From NCBI GenBank assembly GCA_012744375.1, contig JAAYCD010000032.1:1-42286 (forward strand): DNA of 42,286 bases, read 5' to 3'. Positions 39,901 to 42,286 of this stretch are shown here, piece by piece (the stretch's first letter is position 1; each line of letters begins with the position of its first letter). A program made the position numbers and the translations under genes. The notes beneath the pieces were generated by a model, which worked only from the letters and a program-made list of their open reading frames with translations, did no database searches and was not told the origin of the DNA. The DNA comes from Erysipelotrichaceae bacterium (GTDB lineage Bacteria; Bacillota_I; Bacilli_A; RFN20; CAG-826).

Positions 39901-40378
39901 ATAAAATAAATGAAAATAAGTTTCCCAAAGTAACAATTAAAATAATCGCCAATAAGAAGAAAATAAGTTTAAGCACCGAATCCACGATAGCAATGGCAAA
40001 TCTTGTGGCACTAATATCGGTCGTTGAGACGTTATATAGTACGTAAAAACCTCTAATTGTTTCGGTAATTGTCCCACGAACAGATGTTAATGGGATATAA
40101 TATGTATAGACATCTTCACCAATCTTTCGAGTGATAAATAGCTCACCTTTAAAAAATTGTGAGATATCTAAATTGCCAATAAATTCGGTGAAAGTTGAGA
40201 GTGTTAAGAAAGCAATTAAAATGAGGGAAAACATGAAAATCATCCGATAGGTCGCTTTCCAAATTCCCTTCTTAAAACCAATGAGTGCTGAAACAAAAAC
40301 ACTCGATAGGAGCAAAACAAATAGAGCAATAAATCCCTGATCAACATATTGACTGATTTGTTCTAATGTCAAATTCAT
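33980..40378 (-). CDS. Giant (2132 aa) N-terminally membrane-anchored acidic protein of unknown function
   Basis: Uninterrupted 6.4-kb ORF. GGGAGGAG SD 6 nt before the ATG. 4-5 hydrophobic segments in the first ~210 aa. The remainder is D/E/N-rich and has no recognisable domain. Confidence 0.85.
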   Translation of the reverse strand: MNLTLEQISQYVDQGFIALFVLLLSSVFVSALIGFKKGIWKATYRMIFMFSLILIAFLTLSTFTEFIGNLDISQFFKGELFITRKIGEDVYTYYIPLTSVRGTITETIRGFYVLYNVSTTDISATRFAIAIVDSVLKLIFFLLAIILIVTLGNLFSFILWHLIFKRFVPKAAQKLVKLRWVAAIEHAVTYLALVILFFSPITSILNSVNQSYQRNKPTTQDQMMTTIGGFIDAYNSSLFAQVFFNWTVDESGMTFDTRLIDTFTTGISEDVSFSFIKEFSAMTDLNMVFIKGITFNENQEIVADFASFLTKDVINSIFDGLEKSQIINTLIPLVADIALNSDLVDDLLQGAIPPGLLDLSDIEFKNEISNLRNMVNSLFDSGLIDELFVENEQGKLTLRSLETNADAVAFINDVVYSENFTEILNVFKHIDDSKLLTRAIPALLSVFLEGEQGSEIKQYLPVSWDQLNEISWGYECYVLFDFLHGVAMLDQDFLNAIFVQTGMLSDPEAIYPTFTQLISDYADDFIELLVGKVEHGELVNVDRFGHTIVFDNQGNRIAGRRYNLFDMNLINMALPQLTNDLFELDVLKSITANLSPSDLNAFKQAVASLNNGNRIINYKVEFAAILDIVATLAKDKVLLDALLSEEGFNSLMLTEGDYFSIDVMHIDYFQQAIQKMDNSNLLYNALMPIIKSTLLGSDISKMLSDYGLRTDVIASAIDHDMAKAKNQRSFFTDLSSVLDKWEDLQVLSSFTSITDSNGFMDVLKDETKVDSLISILNVIHENPIINPTPQVGDNYAKNENLYGLLGYVFDMIADVGLVVPRSTLEKVETVHTWNDEFDAFGNIIKYIAARDVLNAGSMFENGLTQSAISNLKDDGEGKINLPGFLEKIDDSYIFSQRLGPFLDELLGDALSGFLIDYVNNVSFSNVTNWTKEAANIRNLLNTLYDLTPEDDEEAANFLANFDIASFTKVVELNKMLHELANSGIFYYVDEHNNIQYNFGKWLYAKIAEAMGSFNVGDSTFDLLADPTPKIDNNWDWKTSWGVRPGDDGVPDSYFLAWENQYYDPLKQTHYIAYRDFVSPEGIDANDYKNIAAFWCNYDQFIVQHDNYLSVFGNKITSSTSNYYDSTNKWDGYFASANFIADYDSMNLFDVDEISRVVRFMTYAMRLLVKDSNGQSLSFESLETELIDGLLTAVNETTCMRMAIYNLYSIVGEEFLTGDSAFKLDTANNIYMVDAGLDMQNFEQAREERQRELNLLIDFYNVIDKLKNTGILDGANIDFGQMINDGVVDDLKRVLTGFNNSYVFHRAGPSKTDELTPFQQLFDSLLGKSEMKNVIYLGNESPKDSIASEYTTAEEKVTYLVKSTFKTDLDFTPAQEAEKEASFIEQNKEIATLMDVIKKVYSLVDNGGNRVTDISQADFNKSENIAVVDDLLKTLVNSDLFYDCVPNMLYNVLVKNNQLNFNSGGLTINFAQVDPFYHYFFNGGVYRATPDYEAKYSESDISSITDLLYVVADLTSDLSGGASFTDPNVIHTMVAPDGVISSLLTAMHDLPLFHSPARNHPNPGNYYTSVTNANEHTLFESTIAQVLSLVGMDEFAYDTNYADDVSVYGSAENKLNQKIKLITRADDDNLLLEDEAPYYHHNPGIAWTSNSNTGEIHAIMNLISSAADIGMSKGESSLDLNSFGFDTISPDDVKTLLLSINMSDIIADAIPRFLKQGLGAIGIDALTEYNGTSYANYRLGQALYGGEAFGDEDKGEIGVLTNTLRDLYDGVQYNQDIASFTNLSQGDNTAAEKNLRAILRFVYYSRILNTNLDGDFGEFNVVEGRQISAQGIFLYHAVGDVLGTYIGKDADPNTSALADIDKIAILSKIAHLVESDDTTDYKDTPAIEAKALVNIFAEVNGGLISNDTFDEGGGTNTIDIVKNLEDTILGVVENAYNVEGAVDPNEYRRSYIVSEFVSGFLNTILENQYSHIENDLLNDNVTRKYGGYQYVTFSFGEDDPTQLSFESYDKLNAIERRGLKGLLDSLNYLSELASPVPNFTAINSLVACFEDMGATPETNSELARVLYLTEAHASFKALDAGSHDPFNPLYYINPDHFDAVDETTIDPNHNNNIYSNVFSFASYGERIATFFNI

Positions 40379-40460
40379 AGGTACTCCTCCCGATAACTGA
40401 AGTTATGGTATATTTGTGCTTTCTTTTAGTGTATAGTTTTTTTATTAGGAATAAAAGAGA

Positions 40461-41273
40461 ATGTTATTTAAGGAAACAGAATGCCCTCAGTGTCAAGCAG
40501 ATTACGATCCCGCCTTACAATTTTGTCCTGTTTGCCATGTAAGAAATCCGCGTTTTGATGAGTCAAAATTACCAAAGCGAATTTTGTTTTTAAATCCGAT
40601 TGCCCAACTCGGCATGTTTTTGGTTGGTTTTGCTTATGTGGGTATGTTAGCAATTTCTTATGGATTATCGTTAATAATAAGCACTTTTAATCTACAGGAT
40701 TATCCACACCTTAGTTCCACACTCCTATTAGCTTTCACTTATTTAATCATGACACTAGTTTTATTTGCGATTCCTTTTTTCACTAGAACAAAAGACTTTA
40801 TAAATAAATTTACTAATAAACTAGATTATATTTATGGTATTGGCTATGCAGTGACCATTGTTTGCGTCAGCTCAATAGTAAATGCCATTATTAATTGGAT
40901 ATACCCTTTTCCGGGCGATAATCTTAATCAAGAGACGGCCACTATCATTGCGAAAGCTTACCCGTTGATTGCTTTTTTTGTGATTGGACTGCTTGGTCCA
41001 ATAGCCGAAGAATTAACCTATCGTGTTGGTTTATTTTCCTTTTTAAGGCGCATAAATAAATATTTAGCTATAATCGTTACGGCTGTAATTTTTGGTTTTA
41101 TTCATTTTGATACCTCAGCCGAAGATATGATTAGAGAATTTATTAACTTGCCAGCATATATAGTTTCTGGATTAGTCTTTTCTATTGCTTATGAACATCG
41201 TGGCCCAGCTTGTTCGATTACGGCGCACGTGCTATACAACATCTTTGCTTTTATAATGATTTTCGCTTCATAA
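40461..41273 (+). CDS. CPBP (CAAX/Abi) family intramembrane glutamic protease with an N-terminal zinc ribbon
   Basis: 270 aa. CPQCQADYDPALQFCPVCH (2x CxxC), then TM helices carrying EELTYRVGLF, FGFIHF and HVLYN, the three CPBP motifs. Confidence 0.85.
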   Translation: MLFKETECPQCQADYDPALQFCPVCHVRNPRFDESKLPKRILFLNPIAQLGMFLVGFAYVGMLAISYGLSLIISTFNLQDYPHLSSTLLLAFTYLIMTLVLFAIPFFTRTKDFINKFTNKLDYIYGIGYAVTIVCVSSIVNAIINWIYPFPGDNLNQETATIIAKAYPLIAFFVIGLLGPIAEELTYRVGLFSFLRRINKYLAIIVTAVIFGFIHFDTSAEDMIREFINLPAYIVSGLVFSIAYEHRGPACSITAHVLYNIFAFIMIFAS

Positions 41274-41275
41274 TT

Positions 41276-42151
41276 ATGGAAAATTCACGTCGCTTCCCTT
41301 TAATACTTGATGGCTTTTGGATCAAAATATTAGCCATTCTTACTATGACCATCGACCATATCGGTGTTTATATGCCAGCCTCACCTTGGACACTAGCGTT
41401 TCGTTATATTGGTCGTTTAGCATTACCACTATTTATTTTTATGGTTGTTGAAGGTGCACTTCATACTAAAAATTTTAAGAAATATGCATTACGCCTAGGA
41501 GTGATGGCGGCATTCATATCTATAACAATTGTTACCATAGAGCTTATTCCGGGACTTAGTTTTAGCATCAGAAATTTTGGCAATATATTTCTTGACCTAC
41601 TATTAGGCGCACTCGCTGTTAGTTTGATCGACCAAAAAAACTGGGCAATAAAAGCACTTGCTTTACTGCCGATCGCATATGGAATAGCTTCTTTCACTGC
41701 TGATGCCCTTGAATTTTGTGGTTGTTATGGTAAAATTCTTTGGTTCCCTTATTTCTTGCGTACACAATATGGCTTCTTTGGTATTTTATTGAGTGTTGTT
41801 TTTTATGTCGCTAAAAAATTAGCGGATGTATTTATTTTGTATCAACACAACACCACTGGCATCGATTTAGAAATATACGATGATTCAGATCTAAAAAGAC
41901 ATGCGCAAAATCTCCTTGCTTTTCTGGCATTAGGCGTTGTTTCATTTATCCTCTATGTTACTGGCTCACTCATGCCGTATAAATTTGTTAATTGGGACTT
42001 GCAGTTACAAGCATTCGCGGTCGTCTCAGGTGTATTTATTTTGCTTTATAATGGCCGACGCGGCTATAATAAAAAGTGGTTCCAGTATGGGGCTTATTTG
42101 TATTATCCAATACATCTGACCATACTCTATCTAATATTTTCACTAATTTAG
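41276..42151 (+). CDS. TraX-family membrane protein
   Basis: [33 protein letters not shown] is a TraX-type start, and the protein is polytopic. ATG 41276 lies 2 nt after the CPBP stop. The track start at 41210 overlaps the upstream gene. Confidence 0.85.
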   Translation: MENSRRFPLILDGFWIKILAILTMTIDHIGVYMPASPWTLAFRYIGRLALPLFIFMVVEGALHTKNFKKYALRLGVMAAFISITIVTIELIPGLSFSIRNFGNIFLDLLLGALAVSLIDQKNWAIKALALLPIAYGIASFTADALEFCGCYGKILWFPYFLRTQYGFFGILLSVVFYVAKKLADVFILYQHNTTGIDLEIYDDSDLKRHAQNLLAFLALGVVSFILYVTGSLMPYKFVNWDLQLQAFAVVSGVFILLYNGRRGYNKKWFQYGAYLYYPIHLTILYLIFSLI

Positions 42152-42164
42152 GAGGATAGATATT

Positions 42165-42286
42165 ATGTTGAAACATATTACCAGTCGAGAACAATTCTTA
42201 GACGCAATTAAAGAAGGCACTGTCATCGTTGATTTTTATGCGACATGGTGCGGTCCTTGCAAGATGTTAACTCCTGTTCTAGAACA
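42165..42286 (+). CDS. trxA: Thioredoxin, N-terminal 40 codons. It runs off the window, so it is not in the ORF track.
   Basis: AGGAGG at 42150-42155, then ATG 42165: [40 protein letters not shown], which carries the WCGPC active site. Confidence 0.9.
   Translation, partial: MLKHITSREQFLDAIKEGTVIVDFYATWCGPCKMLTPVLE

Noticed and set aside
40393-40406. 6-bp inverted repeat ATAACT-GA-AGTTAT in the 5' UTR of the giant gene
   Set aside because: It is too short to be significant on its own. I note it only as a possible operator if it proves conserved.

Overview
AT-rich, very gene-dense chromosomal window from a low-GC Firmicutes/Mollicutes-type bacterium. TGA is used as a stop codon (prpC, rlmN, atpD and the atpI-like gene all end in TGA), so this is the standard code 11, not the Mycoplasma code. 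The Ser/Thr kinase has no transmembrane segment or PASTA repeats, and there is a PPi-dependent phosphofructokinase. Together these suggest a wall-less Acholeplasma-like or related lineage; this is inference only. I saw no rRNA, tRNA, CRISPR array, transposase, integrase or phage genes. The content is core housekeeping, arranged mostly as four tightly packed minus-strand polycistrons. (1) glgC-glgD-glgA-leuS (1..5591); leuS runs off the window edge and is missing from the ORF track. (2) A roughly 9.5-kb gmk-priA-(DUF1904-like)-rsmB-like-rlmN-prpC-prkC-rsgA-rpe-membrane protein operon (6676..16116). This is a compacted version of the Firmicutes priA-to-rpe cluster, with rpmB opposite it and rqcH divergent from it. 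(3) A roughly 9.4-kb pncA-pfp-atpIBEFHAGDC-ppa-trmL unit (17606..27035). (4) An 11.5-kb operon headed by a 2132-aa membrane-anchored protein of unknown function, followed by yigZ-like, mrp, pepP, glpK and a 375-aa orphan (28874..40378). Plus-strand genes are a small membrane protein, rpmB, rqcH, a ThrRS-N-like/uridine-kinase fusion, a zinc-ribbon CPBP protease, TraX and the start of trxA (also missing from the ORF track). There is no obvious mobile or defence system. The items most worth follow-up are: the domain-less giant surface protein and its operon; an RsmB homologue that has lost the SAM loop and both catalytic cysteines; an ATP synthase c-subunit with a complete two-carboxylate Na+-binding signature, in an operon bracketed by PPi-PFK and pyrophosphatase; candidate leaderless promoters; and a convergent gene pair with zero intergenic bases and a terminator embedded in coding sequence. 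All homology calls are by-eye motif recognition. No database search or computation was run.
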